A stretch of DNA of 64,000 nucleotides from an uncultured Microthrixaceae bacterium (GCA_963823495.1 CAWGLV010000001.1:835878-899877), one strand, 5' to 3'; numbered from the stretch's first letter, positions 7,776 to 19,660 are shown. Notes: generated from the sequence alone by a model not told the origin. Program-made: numbers and translations.

Positions 7776-10225
7776 TGGGAGTCGGTCGGGCGGGTCGGGC
7801 CCTCGACCTCCCGAGGGTCGGGATCGTCGGGCACGGGTGCTGAGGAAAGCACCCGTCGTTCGCCGGGGGCGAGCTCGATCACCTCGCCGTCGAAGCCGAT
7901 CGGCACGGGGCGGTTGTGCTCGTGGGCCTCGAGCTCGATCCCGGCGGTGGAGACCCGGACGTCCAGCCAGCTCCCCCGGAAGCGGAGGTTGTAGGAGTAC
8001 GGGCCGAGCTGGGCGGGCACGGCCGGATCGAACCAGACGGCGTCCTCACGGATCGTCATGCCGGGGTAGCAGCGCTCGATCAGGTCGACGGTGCCGGCCA
8101 TCGACCCGATGTGGATGCCCTCCGCGGTCGTGCCGCCCTGGAGGTCGTCGAGGTCGGAGTGCAGTGCCTCACACAGGCTCTCGAAGGAGCCCTCGGGATC
8201 CCGGCGGGCGACCACCCAGGCCTCGACGACCCGGCTCAGCGTCGAGCCGTGCGACGTCCGCTCGAGGTAGTAGTCGACGGTGCGGTCGATGCAGGCCTGG
8301 TCCACCGCGTAACCCAGCCGGTCGAACAGCTCCTCCAGCTCGGAGGGGGAGAACAGGTAGAAGATCATCAGCGTGTCGGCCTGCTTGGAGAGGCGGTAGC
8401 GGTTGGGCGAGTCGCCCTCCGCCTCCAGGATCCGGTCGAGCCGTTGGATGTTGCCGTACCGGGCCCAGTAGGACTCCCAGTCCAGCTCCTCGAGGTCCTC
8501 GTAGCCCTCGAACTGGCTGATCACGCCGTCGTGGAAGCACACGCACATCCGGCGGCTGAGCAGGTCCCAGCGCTCCCGTTCCGAGGCGGTGATCGCCAGC
8601 TTGGCCACGATCTCGTCACGCCGGTGGACATCGAGGCGATCGAGGATCTCGCCGGACTTCCACAGGACCCAGGCCGCCATCACGTTGGTGTAGGCGTTGT
8701 TGTCGACCCCGGGGTGGTCGGCGTCGGGCTGGCCTTCGTGGTACTCGTCGGGGCCGACGACCCCGGGGATGCCGTACCGGTCCTCGATGTGGTCGTGGAC
8801 CGCGGCGCTGGCCCAGAACCGGGCGATCTCCACCATCAGCTCCGCGCCCCAGTAGGAGAGGAAGTCCTGGTCGCCGGTGGCGTCGAGGTAGCGCACGACG
8901 TTGTGGGCGATGGCCGCGTTGACGTGGCGTTGGAGGCGGGAGTGGTCCGGCAGCCAGTGGCCCGACTTGGGGTTGAGGTGGGCCACGGGGGTCTCCTCGC
9001 GCCCGCTCGACGCGCTCTGCCACGGGAACATGGCGCCGGCGAAGCCCGATTCCTCGGCCAGCCGTCGGGCCTCGTCGAGGCGGCGGTAGCGGTACATCAG
9101 CAGGGCGCGGGCCAGTTCGGGAACCCGCAGGTTGACGTACGGGAAGACGAAGAGCTCGTCCCAGAAGACATGGCCGCGGTAGGCCTCCCCGGCCAGCCCC
9201 CGGGCGGGCACCCCCACGTCGAACACCGTGGTGTGCTTCGAGATGACCTGGTGCAGGTGGAAGAGCTGCAGCGTGAGGGCCCGGTCCAGGGTCTCGGACT
9301 CCTCGATGCGGATGTGGGTCCGGCGCCACACGTTGGCCCACGCCCGTGCGTTGCTGACGGCCAACTCGTCGTAGTCGGCGACGCCGGCCACGTGACGGGT
9401 CGCGCTGTCGCCGGGTTCGTAGATGCCGGGGTCCCGGGAGGTGAAGACGGCGACGACCTTCTCGACCACGACCTCGTCGCCGTCGGCCAGGGGCACGACC
9501 AGGCGATGGCCGATCCGCTCGCCGTCGTCCTCGACCGAGCGCTCGATCGCCTCGCCGGCGCCGAAGACCCGGGTGCGGGCGGCCTCCGCCACCCGCAGGC
9601 GGGATCCCGACGTCTCGGCCAGGACCGCGACCACCTCCTCACCGGTGGACCAGGTCCGTTCGACCTCCAGGTGGCGGCGGCCCAGGTCGTGGTAGCGCCG
9701 CACCCCGTTGTTCTCGACGCCTCCGTCCAGGGCGGACCGCACCTCGATCCGCCCCGACCAGCCTTCGGCCAGGAAGGTGGTCTCGAGGGCGGCCAGATGG
9801 GGATCCGCCTGGTGGACCAGGCGACGCTGGGTCACGCGGGTCACCCGCCCGGCGCCGTCCCGGAAGGCCAGCGACCGGATGAGCTGGCCCTGGCGCATGT
9901 CGAGGGTGAGCGTGTGGTCGAGGACGTCGGATCCCTCCATCGAGAACCACGACTGGCCCTCGGTGCGGAACTGGAGGAGCGCCCAGTTGGGCAGGTTGAC
10001 GAGGCTCTCGTGGTCGAGGTGCTCGCCCCCTATGACGTCGACCAGGCGGTTGTAGATCCCGGCCACGTAGGTCCCGGGGTAGTGCACGCCGTCGTCGGTC
10101 GCCTCGGGCGCGCTGCCGCGGGTGGCGAGGTACCCGTTGCCGAGGCTGCACAACGCCTCGCGGTGGCCTTCGGTTGCGGGGTCGTAGCCCTCGAAGACCA
10201 TCCGGGCCCGGTCGCCGGGGTTCAC
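7715..10225 (-). CDS. Glycoside hydrolase family 65 disaccharide phosphorylase (trehalose/maltose/kojibiose type)
   Basis: C-terminal part of track ORF 7715..10969. Family motifs: FEGYDPATEGHREALCSLGNGYLATRG and GEAYRGHVFWDELFVFPY. The start is either GTG at 10225 (GTGA overlap with the pgmB stop) or ATG at 10201. The 3' end overlaps the convergent gene by about 60 nt. Confidence 0.9.
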   Translation of the reverse strand: MNPGDRARMVFEGYDPATEGHREALCSLGNGYLATRGSAPEATDDGVHYPGTYVAGIYNRLVDVIGGEHLDHESLVNLPNWALLQFRTEGQSWFSMEGSDVLDHTLTLDMRQGQLIRSLAFRDGAGRVTRVTQRRLVHQADPHLAALETTFLAEGWSGRIEVRSALDGGVENNGVRRYHDLGRRHLEVERTWSTGEEVVAVLAETSGSRLRVAEAARTRVFGAGEAIERSVEDDGERIGHRLVVPLADGDEVVVEKVVAVFTSRDPGIYEPGDSATRHVAGVADYDELAVSNARAWANVWRRTHIRIEESETLDRALTLQLFHLHQVISKHTTVFDVGVPARGLAGEAYRGHVFWDELFVFPYVNLRVPELARALLMYRYRRLDEARRLAEESGFAGAMFPWQSASSGREETPVAHLNPKSGHWLPDHSRLQRHVNAAIAHNVVRYLDATGDQDFLSYWGAELMVEIARFWASAAVHDHIEDRYGIPGVVGPDEYHEGQPDADHPGVDNNAYTNVMAAWVLWKSGEILDRLDVHRRDEIVAKLAITASERERWDLLSRRMCVCFHDGVISQFEGYEDLEELDWESYWARYGNIQRLDRILEAEGDSPNRYRLSKQADTLMIFYLFSPSELEELFDRLGYAVDQACIDRTVDYYLERTSHGSTLSRVVEAWVVARRDPEGSFESLCEALHSDLDDLQGGTTAEGIHIGSMAGTVDLIERCYPGMTIREDAVWFDPAVPAQLGPYSYNLRFRGSWLDVRVSTAGIELEAHEHNRPVPIGFDGEVIELAPGERRVLSSAPVPDDPDPREVEGPTRPTDSHQGVSSTGTSRRRPSRPPTT

Positions 10226-10962
10226 CGGACCTCCACGGCGTCGAGGTCGACGACGACGACGTCGGCGCCGTGTTCGGCCAAGGCCTCGCCGCTGCCGGCG
10301 CGGGCTATGCCGACGACGAGCCCGAAGCCGCCCCGCCGACCGGCCTCGACTCCGGCTTGGGCGTCTTCGATCACGGCCGCGCGGGCGGGATCGGTCCCGA
10401 TGCGCTCGGCCGCCTCGAGGAAGAGCGCGGGATCCGGCTTGCCCGCCAGCCCGAGACGTTCGGACTCGAGCCCGTCCACGAGGGCCACGAACCGCTCGAT
10501 CACGTGCGCGGCCCGGAGGACCTCGGCGGCGTTCCGACTGGCCGACACCGCCGCGGCCGGGATGCCGGCACCGGCGAGTCGGTCGAGCAGCGCCAGGGTG
10601 TCGGGGAAGGCCCGCACACCGTCGCGCAGGATCAGGTCGACGAAGGACCGGTCCTTGCGGTTGCCGATGGCACAGACGGTGTCGTTGCCGGGCGGGTCCT
10701 CGGGCGAGCCCTGAGGGAGGTCGATCTCCCGGGAGGCCAAGAAGCCCGCCACCCCGTCGTAGCGGGAGAGGCCGTCCACATGGGCGAGGTAGTCCTCGGG
10801 GGTGAAGGGGGCGAAGTCGCCGGCTCCGGCCTCGGCCCGACGACGGAGGACGTCGTCGAACACGGCCTTCCAGGCCCCGGCGTGGACCCGGGCGGTGTCG
10901 GTCACGACGCCGTCCACGTCGAAGAGGACGGCGTCGATCGAACGGTTGTCGATCGCGGGCAT
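10222..10962 (-). CDS. pgmB: Beta-phosphoglucomutase (HAD superfamily)
   Basis: Last 246 aa of track ORF 10222..12441. MPAIDNRSIDAVLFDVDGVVTDT contains the HAD DxDG motif, and GKPDPALFLEAAERIG and VIEDAQAGVEAG are also present. It lies directly upstream of the GH65 gene. Confidence 0.85.
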   Translation of the reverse strand: MPAIDNRSIDAVLFDVDGVVTDTARVHAGAWKAVFDDVLRRRAEAGAGDFAPFTPEDYLAHVDGLSRYDGVAGFLASREIDLPQGSPEDPPGNDTVCAIGNRKDRSFVDLILRDGVRAFPDTLALLDRLAGAGIPAAAVSASRNAAEVLRAAHVIERFVALVDGLESERLGLAGKPDPALFLEAAERIGTDPARAAVIEDAQAGVEAGRRGGFGLVVGIARAGSGEALAEHGADVVVVDLDAVEVR

Positions 10963-11046
10963 GGGCCACAGCGTGCCTGTTCGGGCGGTCCGAGGCCAGC
11001 GCAGAAGGTCCCGTGTCGCCCGCAGGCTCGGGTCACCGGGTTCTCG

Positions 11047-12666
11047 ATGCCCCCCGGGACGCGCGAGGCTCGGGCGGTGATCGACGAGCGTCAGGTGACC
11101 GAACTTCAGGGCCACGGCCAGGACGTGCCCGGTCTCCTGGCCCGCTGGGCCGAGCTGCGGGCGGACCACCCGGTGCTGATCTGGGAGCCCGGTGAGGATG
11201 ACCCCCGGAGCTGGACCTACGCCGAACTGTGGGCCGACGTGCGGGCCCTGGCCGTCGGCCTCGCCGATCGCGGGGTCGGCCCCGACGACAAGGTCCTGAT
11301 CCACGCCGACAACTGCCCGGAGATGGTGGTGGCCTGGCTGGCCTGCGCGACCCTCGGCGCCGTCGGGGTCACCACCAACACCCGCTCGGTGGGCGCCGAG
11401 GTCGGCTACTTCATCGACAAGGCGCGGTGTGTGGCCGCCATCACCCAGCCGCAGTACGCGGCCCTCGTGGCCGAGGCCGGCCCGGACCTGGGCTGGATCG
11501 CGGTCACCGAGGTCGACGGTGGTGACGGCGAGCCCGCCCCCACCGATCGGGAGCTGATCGCCCTCGCCGACCTGTTCGGCGACGCCGAGGCCTGGGCGGG
11601 GCGCCCGGTCGAGCCGATGCGGCCCTTCGGCATCATGTTCACCTCGGGCACGACCAACAAGCCCAAGGCGGTCGTGCACACCCACGCCAACGCCGTCTGG
11701 GCCAGCCGCACCGGCCCCCGCACCATCGACCTGGGTCCCGAGGACCGCTACCTCATCTACCTGCCCTTCTTCCACGTCAACGCCCAGAGCTGGTCGTTCT
11801 TCTCGGTGCTCGGCGTCGGGGCCACGGCGGTGCTCATGCCCAAGTGGTCGACCAGCCGGTTCTGGGACGTGGTGGCCCGCAACGGCATCACCCACATCTC
11901 GCTGATGCCGTTCGTCATGGCCACGTTGATGGCGCCGGACAAGCCCGAGACGGACCTGCGGGTCGGGGTCTTCGGGCTGATCATGCCGGACCTCGACGCC
12001 ATGTTCGGGATCCAGGTCCATGCCGCCTATGGCATGACCGAGACGGTCACCCACGCCATCAACGGGAAGCCCGCGGAGGGCCTGCCGACCCGGTCGATGG
12101 GCCGGATCGGGGCGGGTTACGAGTTCGCGGTGGTGGACAAGGACACCGGCGAGATGCGGGGCGAGGGTGAGACGGGTGAGCTCTGGTTGCGCGGGACCCG
12201 GGGCATCCAGCTCTTCCTGGAGTACTTCGACGACCCCGAGGCCAACGAGTCGTCCTTCGAGGGGGCCTGGTTCAAGACCGGCGACATGGTGATGTTGGGC
12301 GAGGGCGGCAACATCTTCTACAAGGAGCGGGACAAGGACCTGTTGAAGGTGGGCGGCGAGAACGTCTCGGCCCGCGAGGTCGAGGACGCCATCACGGGGA
12401 CCGCCGGGGTCAGCGCCGTGGCCGTGGTCGGCAAACAGCACGAATGGTTGGACCAGGTGGTCGTGGCCTTCGTGATCACGACCCCCGACGCCCCCGACGA
12501 GGCGACCCTGGCGGCGGCGATCATCGAGCGCTGCGCGGGCGAATTGGCCGACTTCAAGGTCCCCCGGGCGGTCTATGTCGTGGACGAGTTCCCGACCGGG
12601 ACGCTCGACAAGATCTTGAAGAACCGCCTCCGCGAGATGGCCGACGAGCGTCCCGCCATCGACTGA
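11047..12666 (+). CDS. AMP-dependent acyl-CoA synthetase/ligase
   Basis: ATG at residue 292 of track ORF 10174..12666. It contains the AMP-binding motif FTSGTTNKPKAVVHTH and the C-terminal WFKTGD...GGENVSAREVE. Confidence 0.85.
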   Translation: MPPGTREARAVIDERQVTELQGHGQDVPGLLARWAELRADHPVLIWEPGEDDPRSWTYAELWADVRALAVGLADRGVGPDDKVLIHADNCPEMVVAWLACATLGAVGVTTNTRSVGAEVGYFIDKARCVAAITQPQYAALVAEAGPDLGWIAVTEVDGGDGEPAPTDRELIALADLFGDAEAWAGRPVEPMRPFGIMFTSGTTNKPKAVVHTHANAVWASRTGPRTIDLGPEDRYLIYLPFFHVNAQSWSFFSVLGVGATAVLMPKWSTSRFWDVVARNGITHISLMPFVMATLMAPDKPETDLRVGVFGLIMPDLDAMFGIQVHAAYGMTETVTHAINGKPAEGLPTRSMGRIGAGYEFAVVDKDTGEMRGEGETGELWLRGTRGIQLFLEYFDDPEANESSFEGAWFKTGDMVMLGEGGNIFYKERDKDLLKVGGENVSAREVEDAITGTAGVSAVAVVGKQHEWLDQVVVAFVITTPDAPDEATLAAAIIERCAGELADFKVPRAVYVVDEFPTGTLDKILKNRLREMADERPAID

Positions 12667-12685
12667 GAACGGGGTCGGGACCCGG

Positions 12686-13051
12686 TCACGGCTCGTCGTC
12701 GGCGGCCTGCCCCGGCCCCTCGGCGAGATCGTCGGCCAACTCGTCGATCACCACGTCGGTGGGGAGCTCGGTACCGGATCGGTACGCCGCCCGCCCCACC
12801 CCGTGGGCCGCCACCGGCGCGGTCATGAACTGGAGCGCGGCGACGAGGAGGAGCTTCACACGGTCCCCGGCGTCGTCGATGAGGAGGGCGGCGCCCACAC
12901 AGACCAGGAGCAGACCCAGGGTGACCGCCTTGGTGGCCGAGTGCATCCGGGCGAAGACGCTGTCGAACCGCTGCAGGCCGACCGCAACGAGCAGGCAGAG
13001 GGCCGATCCGGTCACGAGGAACACCGAGGCCACGATCTCGATGGCGCTCAT
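12686..13051 (-). CDS. mrpG: Na+/H+ (monovalent cation/H+) antiporter subunit G
   Basis: 121 aa, three TM helices, MnhG-like (FDSVFARMHSATKAVTLG). Last gene of the seven-gene operon. Confidence 0.85.
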   Translation of the reverse strand: MSAIEIVASVFLVTGSALCLLVAVGLQRFDSVFARMHSATKAVTLGLLLVCVGAALLIDDAGDRVKLLLVAALQFMTAPVAAHGVGRAAYRSGTELPTDVVIDELADDLAEGPGQAADDEP

Positions 13052-13311
13052 CGGCTGCCCCGCCGCTCGATGAACTGCGCCACGGTCACCGTGGCGGCGA
13101 AGGCGACGAGGGAGACCACGATCATCGCGTCGATGTAGGTGCCCTCACCGGTCCTCGCCGCCCAGATCCCGATGCCGCACGCGATCATCACGAGCATGCT
13201 GTCCAGGCCGACCAGGCGGTCCGGCAGTGACGCCGGTCGGAGGACCCGAACCAGCGCGAGCCCGGCGGCGACCGTCACGAGCACGAGGCAGACCGTGGTC
13301 ACCGCGGTCAC
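13048..13311 (-). CDS. mrpF: Cation/H+ antiporter subunit F
   Basis: GTG at 13311 (GTGA overlap with the mrpE stop). 87 aa hydrophobic protein, VVTAVTTVCLVLVTVAAGLALVRVLRPASLPDRLVGLD. The rest of track ORF 13048..13749 is junk. Confidence 0.8.
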   Translation of the reverse strand: MTAVTTVCLVLVTVAAGLALVRVLRPASLPDRLVGLDSMLVMIACGIGIWAARTGEGTYIDAMIVVSLVAFAATVTVAQFIERRGSR

Positions 13312-13798
13312 GACGCGGGCTCCGGGGCGGGGGCGAAGGCGGCCCGGGCCCGTCGGTCGAGCGCCAGGACCTCGGCGCGGGTGCGCTCGGGGGACTCCAG
13401 GTGCAGGACGTGGACAAAGAGGGCCGGTGGGTCGCTGCGGACCTCGAGGGTGAGCGTGCCCGGGGTGAGCGAGACGGCGTCGGCGACGAGCGCGGTGAGG
13501 CCTGGCGGTCCCTCGGGCAGCGGCACGGCCACGATCCCTTCGGCGATCCGGTTCCGCGGGGTGAGGACCTCCCAGGCGACCACGGCGTTGGCCTCGACGA
13601 GCTTGCGGGCGAAGTACGCGCCGAAGCGCAGTGCGGCCACGGGCCGGACGACCAGCTCCCGGTCGCCGTTCCTCGGTGGGAAGCGGAGGACCAGGGCGAC
13701 CGCGAGGGCCGCTCCCCCGAGGACGTTGGCCGCGCTGGGCGCCTCCCACAGCACGACCCAGAACAGGATCAGCCAGAGGACGAGGATGGCTCGGAGCC

Positions 13799-13802
<4 letters not shown>
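13308..13802 (-). CDS. mrpE: Cation/H+ antiporter subunit E
   Basis: 164 aa, MnhE-like (VSLTPGTLTLEV). It has 4-nt overlaps on both sides. Confidence 0.8.
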
Positions 13803-15345
<1,543 letters not shown>

Positions 15346-15349
<4 letters not shown>

Positions 15350-15774
15350 GGCCGCCCCTCCGTGGCCTCGGTGGCGGACGGCATCGTCGGTCCGAGGTCG
15401 ATGCCGTCGGGATCGGCGTGGGGACCATGGCTCATCTGGGCGATGCGGCGGTCCTCGACATCGTCCTCGACCCGGTCGGCTCCGGTGAGCACCCAGCTTC
15501 GATAGGCCAGTGCGAGGAGGAAGGCGGTCACCCCGAACGTGATCACGATGGCGGTCAGCGCCAGGGCCTGCGGCAGCGGGTCGCTGACGGGCCCGCTCCC
15601 GCCGTCGGCCAGCGGTGGGCGCGCGGGCGATCCCCCGGACAGCAGCAACAGCAGGTTTGCGCCATGGGCCATGAGCGCCAGGCCGAGCAGGATGCGGGTG
15701 AGCGCCCGCTGGAGGAGCAGGTAGGTCCCGGCGGCGTAGAGGATGCCGACGGTGACAGAGGTGACCAGGATCAT
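15346..15774 (-). CDS. mrpC: Cation/H+ antiporter subunit C (NuoK-like)
   Basis: ATG at 15774 (MILVTSVTVGILYAAGTYLLLQR), with an ATGA overlap to the mrpB stop. The N-terminal part of track ORF 15346..16287 is junk. Confidence 0.85.
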
Positions 15775-16226
15775 GGTCGGCTTCCCTCCTCCGCGCCGTC
15801 CTCGCCCTCGCGGCCGAGAACCTCGAGCACCATCAGCACGAGTCCGATGACCACGATGTACACGCCGATGTCGAAGAACAGCGTCGAGCTGGCCTTGACG
15901 GTGCCGAGGACGGGGACCGCCCACGTCCAGGTCGCGCTCTGGAGGAACGCGTCCCCCAGGAGGGCGGGGACGATGCCGGTGACCGCACTCAGGAGGAGGC
16001 CGACGCCGAAGAGCGTCTGGGGTTCGACGCGAGCGGTGCGCTCGACCGCGGCCGACCCACCGCTGGCGTACAGCAGGACGAGCGCGGCGCCGGCCAACAG
16101 CCCGCCGACGAACCCGCCACCGGGCTGGTTGTGGCCCGCGAACAGCAGGTACACCGAGAACACCAGGATGGTGTGGAAGACCAGATCCACCCCGACGGTC
16201 AGGACGGATGAGTGCCGGGTCCTCAT
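15771..16226 (-). CDS. mrpB: Cation/H+ antiporter subunit B
   Basis: 151 aa, MnhB-like (FAGHNQPGGGFVGGL). Confidence 0.85.
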   Translation of the reverse strand: MRTRHSSVLTVGVDLVFHTILVFSVYLLFAGHNQPGGGFVGGLLAGAALVLLYASGGSAAVERTARVEPQTLFGVGLLLSAVTGIVPALLGDAFLQSATWTWAVPVLGTVKASSTLFFDIGVYIVVIGLVLMVLEVLGREGEDGAEEGSRP

Positions 16227-18541
16227 GACGACCGTCCCGAGCGGGTGGACGAGGCTCGCACCAGGGTCCAGATCCCCAGGGCGGCAACCGCGATCACCGT
16301 GATCTCGCCGAGGGTGTCCAGGCCTCGGAAGTCGACGAGGATGACGTTCACCACGTTCTTGCCGCCGGCTTCGGGCAGGGCGCGCTCGAGCTGTTCGACC
16401 GAGACCGGTTCACCGCTGCGGGCGGAGGCCATCACCAGGGAGGCCGCGGTGACAAAGACCCCCACACCGGCGGCGATGGCCGCCCGGGATGCCCGACCGG
16501 CCGTCGACGGGGCCTCGTCGAAGCGGTCGGGCAGGTGGGCCAGGACGAGGACGAAGATGACCAGGGCCAGCGTCTCGACGAGCACCTGGGTGAGGGCCAG
16601 ATCAGGGGCGCCCTGGATGAGGAAGAGCACAGCCATGCCGTAGCCGACGCTGCCGAGGAGCAGGACGGCGACGAGGCGGCGGCGCGCCAGGACGGTGGCG
16701 CAGGCGGCCACCGCGACGGCCAGGCAAGCGGCGAACTGCAGCAGGGAGTCGGCCAGCACGACGTTGTCGGGGGCCGACCAGGCGAGGGCGAGGGCGAGGC
16801 CGGGGCCGAGGACCAGGGTCAACAGGATGGTGCCGAGGTAGATGGGCAGGGAGCCGCTCTGCACGATGGCGGTGGTGCGATCGGCGACGTGGAGGAGGCC
16901 AGTGACCGTCGCCCGGTACGTAGCGGCGCCGTCGGGTCGGTGTCGGGCTCGGGCATGGATGCGGGCCTGGGTCTGCTCGATCGCGGCCCGGCCCAGGAAG
17001 AGGACCAGCCCGGCCCCGACGGTCAGCGCCGAGAGCAGCAGGGCGGTGGTGAGGCCGTGCCAGAAGTAGACCCCGACCTTGACCGGCGCGGACCACAGGG
17101 CGTCGGCCGCGGCGGCGACCAGGGGCTGGAGGACGCTCGCGGCGGGACCCAGCACCAACCCGACTGCGGCCAGCGCCGCGGGTGGCCACAACAGCGCCGC
17201 GGGCAGGCGATGGCCCGGCGTCACCGCGGGTGTGGCGTGCTCCGGGGCCGAGGTGGAGGCGAAGGCCCCCCAGAGGAAGCGGGCGCTGTAGGCGAAGGTC
17301 AGCATCGCGCCGAGCACGACCGAGGCCAGGACGGCCGGTCCCCAGCCCGCCGTCACGTCCAGCAACGACTGGTAGGCGGCCTCCTTGGCCACGAAGCCGA
17401 CGAGGGGGGGAAGGCCGGCCATCGACGCCGCCGCCAGCGCGGCGACGACGAACAGCGCCGGTCGTCGTCGCCCGAGCCCGTCGAGCTCGCGGAGGTCCCG
17501 GGTGTGTTCCTCGTGGTCGATGATGCCGACCACGAGGAAGAGCGTGGCCTTGAAGGCGGCGTGGGCCACGAGGAGGACGAGTCCCGCCTCGGTCGTGGCC
17601 TCGGTCCCGGCGCCGAAGAGCACCATGAGCAACCCCAGTTGGCTCACGGTGCCGAACGCGAGGAGCAGCTTGAGGTCGTACTGGCGTAGCGCCCGGTAGG
17701 CGCCGAGGAACATCGTGGCGATCCCGATCGAGAGGACCGCGGGGCGCCAGAACGCCACGACGGCGAACGCCGGCGCCAGGCGGGCGACGAGGTAGACGCC
17801 GGCCTTCACCATTGTGGCCGAGTGGAGGTAGGCGCTCACCGGGGTCGGCGCCGCCATCGCGGCCGGGAGCCAGAAGTGGAACGGCACCTGGGCTGACTTC
17901 GTCAGTGCGCCGACCAGGACCAGGGCCAGCGCCACCGACGTCGCCACCCCGGTGGGCGGGGCGATGAGGATGCCCGACAGCGAACTGGTTCCCGCCTGCT
18001 GGGCGAGGAGCACGAAGCCCGCGAGCATCACCAGGCCACCGGCACCGGTGACGAGGATCGCCTGGAGGGCCGCTCCCCGGGCCTCGGCTTTGTCGTCCTC
18101 GAAGCCGATCAGCAGGTAGGAGGTCACCGACGTGAGCTCCCAGAACAGGTAGATCGCGTACAGGTCGTCGGCCAGGACCAGGCCGGTCATGGCCCCGGCG
18201 AAGGCGGTCATCGTGGCGGCGAAGCGGCCGATGCCGTCGCGGTCGGCCAGGTAGCTGCCCGCGTAGACGAACACGGCCACACCCACAATCGAGACCATCA
18301 GGACCATCAGCAGGCCGAAGCCGTCGAGACGGAGGTCGAGGGACAGACCGAGGCCCGGCACCCAGGCGATGGACTGCTCCTGGATGATCCCGTCGATCGC
18401 CGCGGGGAGTCGGCCGAGCGCCCAAAGGACCGTGCCGGCGGGCGCGGCGGCGGCGATGAGGAAGGAGCGCCGCGCTCGGCGCCCGCCGACCCCGAGGACG
18501 AGGGCGGCGACCCCCAGGTAGAGGAGCAGCACCGTGGCCAT
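16223..18541 (-). CDS. mrpA: Cation/H+ antiporter subunit A (NuoL/ND5-like)
   Basis: 772 aa, first gene of the operon, with the WELTSVTSYLLIGF motif. Track ORF 16602..18557 is an out-of-frame shadow. Confidence 0.9.
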   Translation of the reverse strand: MATVLLLYLGVAALVLGVGGRRARRSFLIAAAAPAGTVLWALGRLPAAIDGIIQEQSIAWVPGLGLSLDLRLDGFGLLMVLMVSIVGVAVFVYAGSYLADRDGIGRFAATMTAFAGAMTGLVLADDLYAIYLFWELTSVTSYLLIGFEDDKAEARGAALQAILVTGAGGLVMLAGFVLLAQQAGTSSLSGILIAPPTGVATSVALALVLVGALTKSAQVPFHFWLPAAMAAPTPVSAYLHSATMVKAGVYLVARLAPAFAVVAFWRPAVLSIGIATMFLGAYRALRQYDLKLLLAFGTVSQLGLLMVLFGAGTEATTEAGLVLLVAHAAFKATLFLVVGIIDHEEHTRDLRELDGLGRRRPALFVVAALAAASMAGLPPLVGFVAKEAAYQSLLDVTAGWGPAVLASVVLGAMLTFAYSARFLWGAFASTSAPEHATPAVTPGHRLPAALLWPPAALAAVGLVLGPAASVLQPLVAAAADALWSAPVKVGVYFWHGLTTALLLSALTVGAGLVLFLGRAAIEQTQARIHARARHRPDGAATYRATVTGLLHVADRTTAIVQSGSLPIYLGTILLTLVLGPGLALALAWSAPDNVVLADSLLQFAACLAVAVAACATVLARRRLVAVLLLGSVGYGMAVLFLIQGAPDLALTQVLVETLALVIFVLVLAHLPDRFDEAPSTAGRASRAAIAAGVGVFVTAASLVMASARSGEPVSVEQLERALPEAGGKNVVNVILVDFRGLDTLGEITVIAVAALGIWTLVRASSTRSGRSS

Positions 18542-18617
18542 CAGGCGTCGGCCCCACGGGCGCCCGTGGCGGGGTGGAGGTCGCTGTTGGCGCGCATCAG
18601 GAGGTTGCCGACCAGGC

Positions 18618-18641
18618 TTCCCGGCGCTCCGAAGCCGGGAA
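18618..18641 (-). terminator. Candidate hairpin downstream of the alpha/beta hydrolase gene
   Basis: TTCCCGGC (18618-18625) and GCCGGGAA (18634-18641) form an 8-bp inverted repeat with an 8-nt loop. It lies between the hydrolase stop (18692) and the mrpA start (18541). No U-tract follows. Confidence 0.35.
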
Positions 18642-18691
18642 CTCTACCGATCCGAGGCCAGTGCCCAACCGACCGCGACGGGACCCGGTCT

Positions 18692-19600
18692 TCAGCCGGC
18701 GACGGCGGTGTGCTCCAGGAGCAGGTCGCGGTAGGTGTCGGCGCCGTGGGGGGCGACGGGGGTGGTCACGAGGAAGTCCCGGAGCACCTCGACGAAGCGC
18801 TCGGGGGCCTCGACGTGGGGGAAGTGGCCCACGCCGTCGATGATCTCCAGGCGGCTGCCCGCGATGACCGCGTGGGCGTCGTGGGCGTGGTCCACCGGGA
18901 TGATCGGGTCGTCCGCCCCCCACACGATGAGCGTGGGAACGGCGGCCGCGAGGTACAGCCGGTCCATGGCGCTGACGGTCTGGCCGCCGGGATCGATGAC
19001 CGAGCGCATGGTGCGCACGAAGGCCTTGCGGTTGTCGGACTCGGTCAGGGAGCGGTAGGCCAGCCACATCTCGGCGGCCCGCCCCGAGCGAATGCCGCGC
19101 CGCTGGAGGAAACGGCTGACGGCATCGCCCCGGTCCTTGACGAAGGCCGGGAAGACCACCGGCAGGAGGTACTCGGCCAGCGGCAGCGTCGCGGCCCGCA
19201 GGATGGGGCTCACCTCCCGGCCCAGGCCGCCGCTGTCGACCAGGACCAGGCGCTCACAGACCTCGGGGTGCTGGTACGCCAACTGCATGGCGACGCCCCC
19301 GCCGAAGGACTGGCCGACGAGGGTGGCCCGCTCGACGCCGAGCACGCCCAGGAAGTCGCGCATGCCGCTGGCGAAGGCGCCGAGTGAGTAGTCGCCCTGG
19401 GGCTTGGCCGACTCGCCGTGGCCGAGCAGGTCGGGGGCGATCAGGCGGTAGTCCTCGGCCAGGGCGGGCATGACCTCCCGCCAGGCCCGGGAGCTGCCGG
19501 CCATGCCGTGCAGCAGGAGCAACACGGGCCCGTCACCCACGTCGCGGTAGACGACCTCGTGACCGTGGATGCGCACACGACGGAGATCACTCGAAGCCAT
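18692..19600 (-). CDS. Alpha/beta-fold hydrolase
   Basis: ATG at residue 120 of track ORF 18692..19957 (MASSDLRRVRIHGHEVVYRDVGDGPVLLLLHG). The nucleophile elbow is GQSFGG, and the C-terminal GHFPHVE supplies the His. Confidence 0.85.
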   Translation of the reverse strand: MASSDLRRVRIHGHEVVYRDVGDGPVLLLLHGMAGSSRAWREVMPALAEDYRLIAPDLLGHGESAKPQGDYSLGAFASGMRDFLGVLGVERATLVGQSFGGGVAMQLAYQHPEVCERLVLVDSGGLGREVSPILRAATLPLAEYLLPVVFPAFVKDRGDAVSRFLQRRGIRSGRAAEMWLAYRSLTESDNRKAFVRTMRSVIDPGGQTVSAMDRLYLAAAVPTLIVWGADDPIIPVDHAHDAHAVIAGSRLEIIDGVGHFPHVEAPERFVEVLRDFLVTTPVAPHGADTYRDLLLEHTAVAG

Positions 19601-19660
19601 GACCCGAGTATCCCCGGCCGGCCGGGGGATGCAATGGTCCAAGGTCACTTCCTGACGTCG

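Noticed and set aside
7916-10714. 932-aa plus-strand ORF.
   Set aside because: It is antisense to the GH65 phosphorylase and beta-phosphoglucomutase genes. Its composition is dominated by G/A/V/D/R/P repeats and it has no motif.
17743-17754. Exact 12-mer GGCGCCAGAACG, identical to the right arm of the 52-nt element, inside mrpA.
   Set aside because: No partner arm or core lies nearby. On the coding strand it simply encodes F-W-R-P in a TM helix. I treated it as a chance match and did not count it as a repeat copy. CCAGAACG at about 14058 and about 61722 are likewise coding coincidences.
16602-18557. 651-aa minus-strand ORF overlapping mrpA in another frame.
   Set aside because: It is an out-of-frame shadow of mrpA. 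Its sequence is a P/R/G-rich string, whereas the mrpA frame gives NuoL-like helices.
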